From: Candidatus Latescibacterota bacterium
Lineage (GTDB): Bacteria; Latescibacterota; UBA2968; UBA8231
Assembly: GCA_965204725.1 (NCBI GenBank)
Contig: OZ242005.1
Span: forward strand, 3,712,001-3,776,000
Length of the DNA: 64,000 nucleotides
Direction of reading: 5' to 3'
Position 1 is the first letter of the stretch. Every line of letters begins with the position of its first letter. Under the pieces are notes generated by a model. It worked only from the letters and a program-made list of their open reading frames with translations. It ran no database searches and was not told the DNA's origin. Shown piece after piece: positions 1 through 9,872 of the stretch. The translations under genes and the position numbers were made by a program.

Positions 1-335
1 CGAAATTTCGTTGACACGATTCCCAGTTCAAAACCCATTTCGCTCAATCGCCTAGTTGTCGCGGGGACGCTGTCAAACACAAGCGTTAGCTCAGCCATAA
101 CCTGATCGGCGCGTTCAACAAAGCTGCTTATGAACAAGCTGACATCCTGACTCTTTGTTTGCTTGGTCAGACGTAGAAAGGTGTCCTCTAAGGACAGGCC
201 GATGGTCCGCTTAATCTGCTCGTCATCCGCGTGGGGCAGCCCCAACCTTTCCAGCGCAAAATTGACACACTCAATGGTGCCCTTTGTTGGGTCTGCTAGC
301 GTAAGGTCGAAGTCAAAGATGATCGCCCGAGCCAT
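1..335 (-). CDS. HAD-family hydrolase (phosphoglycolate phosphatase-like), 3' end runs off the window
   Basis: Manual translation from ATG at 335: MARAIIFDFDLTLAD...GFELGIVSTKF; HAD motif I (DxDxT) and motif II (S/T). Not in the ORF track because it is truncated. Confidence 0.85.
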   Translation of the reverse strand, partial: MARAIIFDFDLTLADPTKGTIECVNFALERLGLPHADDEQIKRTIGLSLEDTFLRLTKQTKSQDVSLFISSFVERADQVMAELTLVFDSVPATTRRLSEMGFELGIVSTKF

Positions 336-351
336 AGTCCCCTTGTCGCGG

Positions 352-702
352 TCAATCGCATAGATGAGCCGACGCCAACACCATCCCGTCGCGCAATGCC
401 TGTCGCACAAAGGCATTGCCCGCCGCCAGCAACGCCGCCAGTTCCTCTCGCGTGTACGCCACTACATCGACACCCACGCCCACACCCTCTGGTCGATAGC
501 GCACCGCCCGATCCAAAAACGGCTCGGCGCTGTGGCTCACCACGATTAGCAGATCGGCATCGCTACCCGGCACCGCATCTCCTCGCGCCAGCGAGCCGAA
601 CAACACGATCTGCTCGATCTCGGGGTGCTGCTCAATCAGTGCCTGAGCAGCGCTCTTGAGACGCTCTATGAGGTGGGGGCGGTCCAGCCAGAACACCTTC
701 AC
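352..702 (-). CDS. Minimal nucleotidyltransferase (MNT), antitoxin of a HEPN/MNT pair
   Basis: FGSLARGDAVPGSDADLL = GSx10DxD motif; start uncertain (GTG 702 or TTG 732). Confidence 0.85.
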   Translation of the reverse strand: MKVFWLDRPHLIERLKSAAQALIEQHPEIEQIVLFGSLARGDAVPGSDADLLIVVSHSAEPFLDRAVRYRPEGVGVGVDVVAYTREELAALLAAGNAFVRQALRDGMVLASAHLCD

Positions 703-1072
703 AGAAGCTGATGACTTGGCCGGCGTGGCCAAGCGCACACCCTGCCTCATCGTGGGTGTAATACTCATAGGGTGCTCCTTGTGGATGCGAATTGGGGTAG
801 CGAGCAGGGATATAGTGTTTGTCCAACGCTTTGGCGGCATCCAGCAGCCGCTGATCGGGCTTGAGCGACTCGGGCAAAGACTCTAGCAAGGCCGTAACAG
901 AATATCCCCAAGCCGCGCCGCCCGTCTTCTCGACAACCGCCTTGACTGCTTTTTCCGCGCCTTGTTGGGCGGCAAAGCAAGCCCACTCATAGTCCCCAGC
1001 GTTGAGCGAGCGGCGTCCGTGGTCCAAGTCTCGCCGGCCCTGTTTTAGCCAGTCGGCGTATCGGCTAGCCAT
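632..1072 (-). CDS. HEPN domain protein
   Basis: WLKQGRRDL...WACFAAQQGAEKAVKA...LDKHYIPARYP, typical HEPN; adjacent to MNT. Confidence 0.9.
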   Translation of the reverse strand: MASRYADWLKQGRRDLDHGRRSLNAGDYEWACFAAQQGAEKAVKAVVEKTGGAAWGYSVTALLESLPESLKPDQRLLDAAKALDKHYIPARYPNSHPQGAPYEYYTHDEAGCALGHAGQVISFCEGVLAGPPPPHRASQERCSGTD

Positions 1073-1080
1073 GGCTATTC

Positions 1081-2235
1081 TTAGAACACCGGAATGAACT
1101 TATGGCACACGGGCGACGACACTTCCGCTTTGTGTCCGGTGGGCGTGAGCTTGCCGGTGGCTGGATCGATGCGGAAGGTGAAGATGTCGTTGGTGCTGTG
1201 GTTGCCGACGATTAGGTACGTGCCCGTAGGGTCGAGGCCAAAGTTGCGCGGGTTGGCTCCGCCGGTCGGCGCGATCTCGACGAGTGCGAGTTGGCCGGAG
1301 TCTGGGTCGATGGCATAGACGGCAATGGAGTCGTGACCGCGATTGGACCCGTAGAGGAAGCGGCCGTTGGGATGGACGTGAACGTCCGCGGTGTGGCTGA
1401 CCTCGGTATAGCCAGCGGGCAGCGTCGAGATGGTCTGAGTGGTGGTGAGTGTGCCAGCGTCGGCGTCGTAGTCGAAGGCCGTGATGGTGTTGCTCAGTTC
1501 GTTGATGACGTAAGCCCGTTGGCCGTCGGGGTGAAAGGCGAGGTGGCGCGGACCACTGCCGGGGGCTATTGCCGCGGGCGTCTGGGCGCCGAGCGTCCCC
1601 TTGTCGTGGTCAATCGCATAGACGAGCACCTTATCGATGCCCAAGTCTGGGGCCAAGGCGTGTTTGTTGTTGGGGGACACCATAATCGAATGGGCGTGTG
1701 GCCCCTCTTGGCGGCTTGGGTTGACCGAAGACCCCTCGTGTTGGACGAAGTCCGTGGCCGCGCCGAGCGAGCCGTCTTCGCGGATTGGCAAAATGGCGAC
1801 GCTGCCGCCGCCGTAGTTGGCTACCAGCGCGTACTGGCCCTCGCGGTCAATGCTGATGTGGCAAGGGCCGGCACCAACGGTTGATTCGGTGTTGATGTGG
1901 GTCAGGGCACCGCTCTGCTGGTCAATAGCAAAGGCCGCTACCGCGCCGCCGGGCCGGTCGCCGACCTCGCTGGTCTCGCCGATGGCGTAGAGGAAGCGGC
2001 GGTTGGGAGCGATGTCGAGGAAAGAAGGATTGTCAATGCCGCCAATGCTGCTTTGGTGCGCGAGCGCACCCGTGGCCATGTCGAGGCGATAGACGTGGAT
2101 GCCGTCCTCGTCGCCCTTGGAATAGGTGCCGATATAGACGAGATAGTCGCTCATGGTAGAACTCCTTTGCGTTGTGAAAGCGATGGAAGGGAAGAAGAGA
2201 AGAATGGGAAGAATCCATTTCATAAAACGTCTCAT
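1081..2235 (-). CDS. pgl: 6-phosphogluconolactonase / lactonase family 7-bladed beta-propeller
   Basis: YIGTY, GPCHISID, ANYGGGS, PHAH, GSGPRH, SNRGHDSIAV motifs; start may be ATG 2154. Confidence 0.9.
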   Translation of the reverse strand: MRRFMKWILPILLFFPSIAFTTQRSSTMSDYLVYIGTYSKGDEDGIHVYRLDMATGALAHQSSIGGIDNPSFLDIAPNRRFLYAIGETSEVGDRPGGAVAAFAIDQQSGALTHINTESTVGAGPCHISIDREGQYALVANYGGGSVAILPIREDGSLGAATDFVQHEGSSVNPSRQEGPHAHSIMVSPNNKHALAPDLGIDKVLVYAIDHDKGTLGAQTPAAIAPGSGPRHLAFHPDGQRAYVINELSNTITAFDYDADAGTLTTTQTISTLPAGYTEVSHTADVHVHPNGRFLYGSNRGHDSIAVYAIDPDSGQLALVEIAPTGGANPRNFGLDPTGTYLIVGNHSTNDIFTFRIDPATGKLTPTGHKAEVSSPVCHKFIPVF

Positions 2236-2236
2236 T

Positions 2237-2533
2237 TCATTGGCCGCTAGACACCCGAACCCCAGCGTACTCCGGCACAGCTTTAACGACGAGTAGGGCG
2301 ATGGCGTCGCAAGCGTCTGGGTGTGCGACCACGGCGTCGGCAGAACTGGGTTGGGGAATCTTCATGTCTGAATAGGCCATGCCCTCGATGTGAAGGGTTA
2401 GGGCTTCGGCGGCCATTGCCCGGGCCTCCTCCAAGGTGCCGCCAGCGGTGATACAGCCGGGAAGGTCGGGGAAACTCACGCCGTAGTCGCTGTTCGGCTC
2501 CTTGTGAATTAAGCCGATGTACGTTCTCTCCAT
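2237..2533 (-). CDS. hicB: HicB family antitoxin
   Basis: YGVSFPDLPGCITAGGTLEEARAMAAEAL motif; downstream of hicA. Confidence 0.92.
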   Translation of the reverse strand: MERTYIGLIHKEPNSDYGVSFPDLPGCITAGGTLEEARAMAAEALTLHIEGMAYSDMKIPQPSSADAVVAHPDACDAIALLVVKAVPEYAGVRVSSGQ

Positions 2534-2542
2534 AAGGTCTCC

Positions 2543-2731
2543 TTACCGTAGTTTAAGCCCAGATTGTCTTTCGATACTCCGTAGCGTACCGGCTGGAAGA
2601 TCTCGCCGCGGATGCGGAACGGTCACCAAACCGCGCTTTGCGGGGTGTTTCAGATGGTAATGCGATCCACGAATGCGATCTATTTCCCAGCCATCAGCCC
2701 TTAGTCGCCTCAAAACGGTCTGGCTGTCCAT
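2543..2731 (-). CDS. hicA: HicA family mRNA interferase toxin
   Basis: MDSQTVLRRLRADGW...RGSHYHLKHP...VTVPHPRRDLPAGTLRSI, 62 aa from ATG 2731. Confidence 0.92.
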   Translation of the reverse strand: MDSQTVLRRLRADGWEIDRIRGSHYHLKHPAKRGLVTVPHPRRDLPAGTLRSIERQSGLKLR

Positions 2732-2745
2732 TGATGTGGGCCGCG

Positions 2746-5100
2746 CTAATAGACGACGGAAACGACACCTGTGCGCGTGTCGCGGCCCGACTCGGCTCCT
2801 AGATCGAGGCGGTAGAGATACATGCCCGGCGCGACCAGAGTGCCCGACTCGTCGCGGCCCGTCCAAGTGAAGCGATGGCCCGTTGCGGTCGGCGTGGATT
2901 CGATCGCGGCAACTTGGCGGCCCGCTAGGTCGTAGAGCGCGAGCGTGGGAGTGGCCGCGGCTAGCTTGAAGACCACAAAGCGCATGTCGAGCGCGTCGTT
3001 GACGCCATCGCCGTTGGGCGTAATCGCGGGCGAGGCCAGTTCCAGCGCGTCGATGAGTTGGCCGCGTGCTGCGAGTTCGGGCAGCATTACTACTTGAGCA
3101 CGGCGCTCGGCTGGAACGACCGACTGCCAGAGGCCGGGCCGCTCGCTCAGCCCGAGGTCGAGGGAAAAAACCGTGGCGTTGTGCAAAACCCGCGTGGTAA
3201 AACCCACCCGAATTGAGTCCGCGGTCACAGTGCGCGGCAGGGCGACCAGCAGCGAGTCGCCGCGCTGGTCAACGCGGGCTGGCGCGACCGACTCGGGGCC
3301 AATGTGTAATTCGAGACCCTCAGCGTCAATCCGACCCGGCACAATAAAGCGCAACAGGTCGAAACCCGAGTCCCCAGCCGTCATCTGCGGCCAAAGCGTA
3401 TAGGTGAAACGAGTGTCCTCGTTGGGGACGGCTTGGCGCGGCTCAATGCGGCCGGCCGCGCCCTGCAACAGCGCGTCCTCAAACTCGACCGCGAGCGAAT
3501 GGACCACCGGCGCCACGCTGGGGTCCTCTGTGGAGAGAATCATCTCCAGCAGGATAAAGCGGCGCGGGCTTTCCGACAGGAATGCCTCGCCCGAGAACTG
3601 ATAGACGTTGCTCCATTCTCCCCAATCCTCGCCCACCACGAGGGTCGTATCGACGGGGCCGCGCAGCACCTTGGGCGAACTCTTCCACTTCTCCTCGGTG
3701 ACCTGTTCGCCGATCTTGTTGTAAAACGTATAGACCGGCTCTAGCGCATTGCCCGAGCGCGAACGCAGTTGCAGGCGGGTGCCCGCGGCTAGCTCGGCGT
3801 CCCAAGAGAGGTTTTTGATGACTTTCGGGCGGCCATCGCCCGCGAGTTGGCCCAAGTCCACGAAATCCGAGTGCAAGACAACTTCGGCGGGATAGCCCGG
3901 AGAGAACAGCATGAACTCGGCCCACTTGACGATACCCCAGCCGGTGTCGCGGATGCCGTGCCAGAAGAAGTAGCGCATCTTGCGCGGCTTGAACATGTAG
4001 CGAATGTAGAGCAGGCGGTCGGCGTTGGGATCGATGTGGGTCAGCAGCTCTGTGTAGTCAAACGCATCGGGCACGGGCAGGTTGGAACTGAGGCTGCGGG
4101 AGCCATCGGAGTAGAGCACTGTATGGCCCGGGCCAGTGCCATTGATCGAGAAGCCCACCAAGCCCTCGTCGGGCCGAAAGGAATAGAGAAAGAATTCATC
4201 GACGAAGAACACCGCCCCCAGATCCACTCCGAACCACACCCCACCCTCCTTCCAGCCGAGGCTGCCATAGGAAGAGCCGATTAGGTTGTTGGTGTTCATG
4301 TCGGCGTCGAAGAGGTTTTGCGGATCGACCGAATTGATCCCGTTGACAAAGCGCCCCCGCTGCATGGTGCCAATGCTGAGGTTGTCGCCGATGGCGCGGA
4401 CCTCGATTTCGGCCAAGGCCGCGCCCGGGGATTTCTCTTCGACCTCAATGCGGATGCGCTGGATCACCCTATAGTTGTTTTTGGTCTCCGGGTCGCCATC
4501 CAAGTCCGCGTCGAGCTGAAGGACGGTATCGCGGGCGGCGAACCCGAGGGGGATGACGATTTCGCTGGCTGCGTTGGGCTGGGTCGTGCGGAAGAGCGGG
4601 TCTAGCAGCACTAAGTCGTCTTGGACCGAGATGCGGGTCCCCGGGCTGCCGTACACGGTAAACTGGCGGAAGGGACGCACGTCCTCCGCGTCGGGAAAGA
4701 CGAGGCGGATCTCCCGGGCCAGCACGGCCCGGCCCAAGTCTATTTCAATGGCCCAGTCTTCGATGGCATCGGCTGGGTCTGGACGCCAGAAGGTCTGGAC
4801 ATCCCCGTCGATGATGTGGTCGGCATCGGCTGGATTGGAGGCCGCCTCCCAGATGCCGCCGGCAACGCGCCCGCGCCTCTTGCTTTCGTAGGAGAATCGA
4901 TGGGCATCAGCGACCGCGTTGATGTCCTTGCGGAACTTGACGAGTTGTAGCTGGCCGTTTTCGCCCACCTCGGTCAGGCCGAAGGGCGTCTGCCAAGTCG
5001 CCCAAGCATCTCGCCCTTGGAAGGTCAGGGTTTCGCTGTTAGCGGCCATGACGGCCAACGCGACGCAGACGAGCGGCAAAAGAAATCGCATCGTTCCCAC
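2746..5100 (-). CDS. Large secreted protein with discoidin-like beta-sandwich domains and a C-terminal FlgD-Ig/CHU_C-like domain
   Basis: Signal peptide; DGDVQTFW...IEIDLG discoidin-like motif; C-terminal ITPNGDGVND...YDLAGRQV...WTGRD...PGMYLY. Confidence 0.75.
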   Translation of the reverse strand: MGTMRFLLPLVCVALAVMAANSETLTFQGRDAWATWQTPFGLTEVGENGQLQLVKFRKDINAVADAHRFSYESKRRGRVAGGIWEAASNPADADHIIDGDVQTFWRPDPADAIEDWAIEIDLGRAVLAREIRLVFPDAEDVRPFRQFTVYGSPGTRISVQDDLVLLDPLFRTTQPNAASEIVIPLGFAARDTVLQLDADLDGDPETKNNYRVIQRIRIEVEEKSPGAALAEIEVRAIGDNLSIGTMQRGRFVNGINSVDPQNLFDADMNTNNLIGSSYGSLGWKEGGVWFGVDLGAVFFVDEFFLYSFRPDEGLVGFSINGTGPGHTVLYSDGSRSLSSNLPVPDAFDYTELLTHIDPNADRLLYIRYMFKPRKMRYFFWHGIRDTGWGIVKWAEFMLFSPGYPAEVVLHSDFVDLGQLAGDGRPKVIKNLSWDAELAAGTRLQLRSRSGNALEPVYTFYNKIGEQVTEEKWKSSPKVLRGPVDTTLVVGEDWGEWSNVYQFSGEAFLSESPRRFILLEMILSTEDPSVAPVVHSLAVEFEDALLQGAAGRIEPRQAVPNEDTRFTYTLWPQMTAGDSGFDLLRFIVPGRIDAEGLELHIGPESVAPARVDQRGDSLLVALPRTVTADSIRVGFTTRVLHNATVFSLDLGLSERPGLWQSVVPAERRAQVVMLPELAARGQLIDALELASPAITPNGDGVNDALDMRFVVFKLAAATPTLALYDLAGRQVAAIESTPTATGHRFTWTGRDESGTLVAPGMYLYRLDLGAESGRDTRTGVVSVVY

Positions 5101-5102
5101 CC

Positions 5103-7154
5103 TCAGTACGCGATGCCCAATGGGCGGAGCAAGGCGGCAGTGCGGAGCTCGGATTGCAGGGCTACGGAGAGTAAGTACACGCCCGGCGGCAGGGCTTGGC
5201 CTTCTGAGTCGCGTCCGTCCCAGCGCGCCATTTGCGGCCCGGCCGTTTGCAAGCCTTGGGGCACGGTCGCCATGCGGCGTCCGTCGAGCGCATAGACCAC
5301 CAATTCGATGGGCACTTGTTCCGGCAGGCCATAGAGGGCATAGGCCACGCGGAGCTCGTCGTGAACGCCGTCGCCATTGGGCGTCAACACGGGCGTTGAA
5401 AAGCGCAGGTTTTGCAGCAGGGCCGGTTGCTGATCCGAAAAACTGAGGACGCGCAGGCTATTGGTGGAGAGCATTTCGCTCGCGTCGCCCGCGACGATGG
5501 GTTGGGGCAAGGTCTCGGCCTGTGAATCGGTGACAGTGCCCAAGAACGTGGTGGCTAGTTCAAAAACCTCCGCTGCAAAGACGATGCGCAACGGCGCGTT
5601 GTTGGCGCGCGTGACGCGCTCCGGCAGGATCACCGTTAGCCCGTCGTCCTCCTCGCGGACGGTGGCTGGGTCGGCTGCTTGGCCGCTGACGAGCAGCTCT
5701 TTGAACGCGGGCCGGGCCCCGGTGTGGATATGCACTTGGTCGAAGCCGCGCTGATTCCCCCCTGAGAAGGAGGCCGACAGGTCGTACGCAAACTCGACCA
5801 TTTCGCCCAAGGCGACCTCCCCGAAGCCGAGCACGGGCTGCGGGTCGGCGAGCGGGGCCACTTCGCCGAGAACGCGCGCCGCCAACAGCGGTGCCCGCTC
5901 GACCCACAGCGAGTCCAAACGCACAAAATCCTCAAAGCGGGTGCTGTGAAAAGTGATGAATACTTGGATGAAGGAGCCGCTTTGGAGGTTGAGCGGCAGG
6001 CCCGACTGGGTCGTGGGCGTTGACCAGAAGGTCCAGTTATCGCTGTCGTAGGTGACTCCGGCGCGCATTCCGGGCCGGGGGCTGCGCTGGACGAAGTCGC
6101 AGGAGGCGCATGTGCGGGCGAACCCCGTGCGGAGGTCGGTCTCGTAGCGGGCGCGGGAGACGACCTTCTCCTTGCCGGTTACTGTGTATTCGTGATAAAT
6201 GTTCGGGTCGTCGTCGCGGCCCGTGCGAACCTCAACCTCGACGAAGGCCCGGGCATCGGGTGCTTCAACGGCCTCGCCAGCGACAACGCGCATTGGCGTG
6301 GCAGCAAAGAACAAGCGGCCAAAGTTTTGCTCGGCTCCGAGGTCGATGATCTTGGAGCGGTACGTAGCTCGCTTGGGAAAGCCCTTGCCATAGACCTCGA
6401 ACTCGCTGATGGTGCCCAAGAGCGAGCGGGCCTGATTGCCTTGGCCGCCGGCCGTGCCGCTAACGCGGGTCAGGGCCGTTTCGTCGATGATGGAAAATTT
6501 GCGGGCCCAGCGGAAGAAGCGCACGTATTGCTGGTCGAAACCAATATGCACGTCGGGCGCGAAGTTTTCGGTGGGCGCGGCGACGATCCGGGCGAGGGGC
6601 TGCGGCCCTTTGACGGCGAAAATCTCGCTGTTTTCCTCTTGGATTGAGACTTGGAAAGCCGGCGTCGAATCCGTGGGCAGCGGCGTACCGTCGGAGCGGA
6701 AGCCGCTCGAAGGGGTGTGGAAGCCGAAGGTGTGCGCCGGCATGGGCACGGCTAAGTCGATGGTGAAAAACTGCTTGTCAATGCCCTCGGCCTTGGAGGA
6801 GTTGTACGTGGTGCTGTCTGCATCGATGAGGGCGACGCCGTTTTCGGTGGGGTCGCCGTTGCCCTCGTTCCACTTCCAGATTCGGGGGCGCTCGCCGTCG
6901 ATATAGCCCAGCTCTTTGGGCTGGCGAAAGGTCGTCCAGTTATCGAGCAGGGAAATGATGTTGACGCCCGGCTCGACGCGCACCGGCTGGATGGCACCTG
7001 GGACGCGCTCAAAGTCGATCATAATGCTGACCGTGTCTTGGCCGGCCCAAGGCTGGCTGCCGCCGAGTTGCCAAGTCGTCACCTCAGCTTTTAGGGCTAT
7101 GGGTGCCAGAAGCCCGATACTAACGGCAAGCCCGAAGCTGCGAATGCTCGGCAT
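5103..7154 (-). CDS. Large secreted protein with C-terminal FlgD-Ig/CHU_C-like domain (paralogue of 2746..5100)
   Basis: Signal peptide; SEFEVYGKGFP...SKIIDLG; C-terminal LTPNGDGVHD...WDGRD...PGVYLL. Confidence 0.75.
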   Translation of the reverse strand: MPSIRSFGLAVSIGLLAPIALKAEVTTWQLGGSQPWAGQDTVSIMIDFERVPGAIQPVRVEPGVNIISLLDNWTTFRQPKELGYIDGERPRIWKWNEGNGDPTENGVALIDADSTTYNSSKAEGIDKQFFTIDLAVPMPAHTFGFHTPSSGFRSDGTPLPTDSTPAFQVSIQEENSEIFAVKGPQPLARIVAAPTENFAPDVHIGFDQQYVRFFRWARKFSIIDETALTRVSGTAGGQGNQARSLLGTISEFEVYGKGFPKRATYRSKIIDLGAEQNFGRLFFAATPMRVVAGEAVEAPDARAFVEVEVRTGRDDDPNIYHEYTVTGKEKVVSRARYETDLRTGFARTCASCDFVQRSPRPGMRAGVTYDSDNWTFWSTPTTQSGLPLNLQSGSFIQVFITFHSTRFEDFVRLDSLWVERAPLLAARVLGEVAPLADPQPVLGFGEVALGEMVEFAYDLSASFSGGNQRGFDQVHIHTGARPAFKELLVSGQAADPATVREEDDGLTVILPERVTRANNAPLRIVFAAEVFELATTFLGTVTDSQAETLPQPIVAGDASEMLSTNSLRVLSFSDQQPALLQNLRFSTPVLTPNGDGVHDELRVAYALYGLPEQVPIELVVYALDGRRMATVPQGLQTAGPQMARWDGRDSEGQALPPGVYLLSVALQSELRTAALLRPLGIAY

Positions 7155-7164
7155 GTCGTGTCTC

Positions 7165-7905
7165 CTAGCGGAAATGAGCGTCGGCCGCGTGGGCTACCCC
7201 CGGGCCGTGTTGCATCCTCATTAGCTGGCGCTGACGTGTGCTCAAGCCGTCCCACCACTCAGGCGGGAAGCCGTCGTGCGGGTCGAGCTGAAAGACCAGC
7301 ATGTGCTTTCTGTAGTGGCCGAAGAGGGCGTGGCGGTTATGGCTGCCGGTGTTGGCGCCGCCGCCGTGCCAGCACTGGCCGTTAAAGACAAGGACCGAGC
7401 CGGCCGGGGCTGTCGGCTGGACCTCGTGCTGGACGGCAAATCCCTCTGGGGGCGCGGCGAGGCCGCTCTTGTGCGAGCCGGGCACCACGCGGGTGCCGCC
7501 GATCACGGGGCTGAAGTCGTCGAGCATCCACACCGTGTTCATCATCACCGGCGTGTCCATGTTGAGCATATAGACAGGGATGTCGCTGTGTAGGTCTTGG
7601 AAGCCGTCGCCGGGGCGAACGATACGCGAGTTGAGGCTGCCCAAAATCAGCGAGGGCTCGAGAAAGTGTTCGAGAATCGGCAAGACGCGGGGGTGGTCAA
7701 TGCACTGGTGGAAGATGCGATCCATGACCGGGAGATTGGCTACGTGGCGGGCCGAGCCGCGGTGCGTGTGTTCGGTGCCGTGCTCTTGTTCACAGCGGAT
7801 CAAGGCTTGACGCATGGCAGCGGCCGTGTCGGGGTCGAGGACGCTTTCGAGCAAGGTGAAGCCGTAGAGTTCGATTTCTTGGATGGCTTGTTCGAGTTCG
7901 TTCAT
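7165..7905 (-). CDS. Phytanoyl-CoA dioxygenase (PhyH) family 2OG-Fe(II) oxygenase
   Basis: LHSD HxD motif, GGTRVVPGSH, WHGGGAN...R. Confidence 0.9.
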   Translation of the reverse strand: MNELEQAIQEIELYGFTLLESVLDPDTAAAMRQALIRCEQEHGTEHTHRGSARHVANLPVMDRIFHQCIDHPRVLPILEHFLEPSLILGSLNSRIVRPGDGFQDLHSDIPVYMLNMDTPVMMNTVWMLDDFSPVIGGTRVVPGSHKSGLAAPPEGFAVQHEVQPTAPAGSVLVFNGQCWHGGGANTGSHNRHALFGHYRKHMLVFQLDPHDGFPPEWWDGLSTRQRQLMRMQHGPGVAHAADAHFR

Positions 7906-7999
7906 AAGAGGTCTCCTTTACAAGGGTTCCTAAAATAAGCCCGCAAAGTTCACTTAGGCAACGTGCAAGGTGTCCAGTAAAAAGCGGTGCTTCCGCCGC

Positions 8000-8710
8000 C
8001 TAGAGGGCCTCGGCGATCATCCGTAGCGACAGGAGCGTGATTACTATCCTGAATACCTTGCGGAAGAGGCTCTCGGAAACCCGGTCGCGCAAGCGCGTCC
8101 CGCTCCACGAGCCGAGTGCCGCGGCGCCAATCATCCCGGCGACGAGCGGCAAGTAGGGCGCGAAGGCGAAGCCGACAAAGCCGAAGACCAAAATTTTGCA
8201 CAGGTGAGTGACGGCCATGACCGTGCCATGGGTAATGACCAAGCGATCCTTGGGCAAGCCCGCGCTGGCTAAGAAGGCACCAGTCAGGGGACCGGCGACG
8301 CCGACGAAGAGGGCGAGAACGGTCTGAAGGGCACCGAAGAGGGCGAAGTGACCGGGGAGGCGAAAAGCGCGTTTGGGCACGGGAACCCAAGTGACGAGGA
8401 GGATGAAGACGCCTAGATACAAGGGCAGGTCGTCGAAGTGAAAGCCGCCGACGACCTGCGCCCCCACGAAAGCACCGAGGACTGCACCGCCCGAGAACGG
8501 CCAGAAGATGCGCCATTCGATATGGTGAAAGCCAAAGAATACGCGGCTGACGTTGGAGGCTAGCTGCACGGCACCGTGGACGGGGATGATGGCCGCGGCG
8601 GGCAGAAGGCCCGGCATGACCGAGATCAGCGCGATACCGCCGCCCACGCCGATGATGGCGGTAAAGGCCGACGTCAGGAAAGAGACGCCGATCAGGAAAA
8701 AGGGGTCCAT
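8000..8710 (-). CDS. Sulfite exporter TauE/SafE family membrane protein
   Basis: GVGGG motif, multiple TM segments, duplicated halves. Confidence 0.85.
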   Translation of the reverse strand: MDPFFLIGVSFLTSAFTAIIGVGGGIALISVMPGLLPAAAIIPVHGAVQLASNVSRVFFGFHHIEWRIFWPFSGGAVLGAFVGAQVVGGFHFDDLPLYLGVFILLVTWVPVPKRAFRLPGHFALFGALQTVLALFVGVAGPLTGAFLASAGLPKDRLVITHGTVMAVTHLCKILVFGFVGFAFAPYLPLVAGMIGAAALGSWSGTRLRDRVSESLFRKVFRIVITLLSLRMIAEAL

Positions 8711-9736
8711 TCAGTCGGCAAGCACTTCCTCGGCATAGGCGAACAGGGCGGGGTTGCCGCCGGTGTGCAGGAAGATCGCCTCGCCGTCGAGCCTGCCGTC
8801 GCGTGTGTGGGCAAAGAGGCCAGCGAGGGCCTTGCTGGTGTACACGGGATCGAGGAGAATGCCCTCCTTGCGCGCCAAGGTCCGCAGGGCCTCCAAGCCG
8901 GCGAGCGTGGGGATACCATACCCCTCGCCGACGAAGGAATCGTCGTTGTCGAAGTCGGCGGCGTTCATGGCAATGTCGAGGCCGAGGCGACGAGCGGCTT
9001 GGTTGGCGAGGAGGGCCATGTCCTCGTGGCGGCTCTCGACGTTGGCGGTTGGGCAGAAGCCGCGCACTTGGATCGGCGACTCGATATAAGCTAGGCCTAG
9101 TGCCACGCCAGCTTGGGTGGTGTCAAGCGCGCAGAGATAGAGGTAAGACGGATTGATGCCTTGCTTTTGGCATTGGCGGGCAATTTCCACCCCCACTTCG
9201 GCATAAGCGATGGCGTCGAGGTCGATGGTATCTGCTCGGCGCGGCCAGTACGCGTTTTTCCCCTGTGCGGAAAGCTCCTCGACCTTGGCTTGCAGAGCGT
9301 CTTGTTGACCTCGCCGCTCGCCTTCCGCTAGGACGGTGATCTGTGCGCCGAGCAGGTGTTGTAGCAGGTTGTTGCCTTGGGATTGGGTGCGGTCGATTGC
9401 GCGCACTGGCCGGAGGACTAGGTGGAGTTCCAAGTCTAGCTTGGCGCAGGCCGCGGCGAGTTGGCGGCAGTAGTTGGACTGCACGGCCGCGCCCGAGACG
9501 ATGGTATCGGCCCCTTGGGCTAAGGCGTCGGCCAAGGCGAACTCGAACATCCGCGTCTTGTTGCCGCCAAAGGCCAGCCCCGTCAGGTCGTCGCGCTTGA
9601 TGTAGAGAGCAGGGCTGTTGAGGTGGGCAGTTAGGCGCGGCAGCGGCTCCAGCGGGGTGGGACGGATTGAGGCTAGCTGGACGCGAGGCAGTCTGGCGAT
9701 GGCGGCGGTGAGGGCGTTCGCTTTTGCAGGGTTCAT
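8711..9736 (-). CDS. D-cysteine desulfhydrase / ACC deaminase family PLP enzyme
   Basis: KRDDLTGLAFGGNKTR (PLP Lys), QSNY, LLDPVYTSKA, FLHTGG. Confidence 0.9.
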   Translation of the reverse strand: MNPAKANALTAAIARLPRVQLASIRPTPLEPLPRLTAHLNSPALYIKRDDLTGLAFGGNKTRMFEFALADALAQGADTIVSGAAVQSNYCRQLAAACAKLDLELHLVLRPVRAIDRTQSQGNNLLQHLLGAQITVLAEGERRGQQDALQAKVEELSAQGKNAYWPRRADTIDLDAIAYAEVGVEIARQCQKQGINPSYLYLCALDTTQAGVALGLAYIESPIQVRGFCPTANVESRHEDMALLANQAARRLGLDIAMNAADFDNDDSFVGEGYGIPTLAGLEALRTLARKEGILLDPVYTSKALAGLFAHTRDGRLDGEAIFLHTGGNPALFAYAEEVLAD

Positions 9737-9872
9737 GGGAGTCTCCTTGTTGCGGCGCGTGGCAAATGCGCGTCTATGTTGGGGGGTAAGATAAGGGGTG
9801 TCAAGGGTTTGTGAAGGAAGGGGGGGATGCGTAGTTTACGGGGCGGCAGAGCGTGATAGCGAGGGGAAAAGC

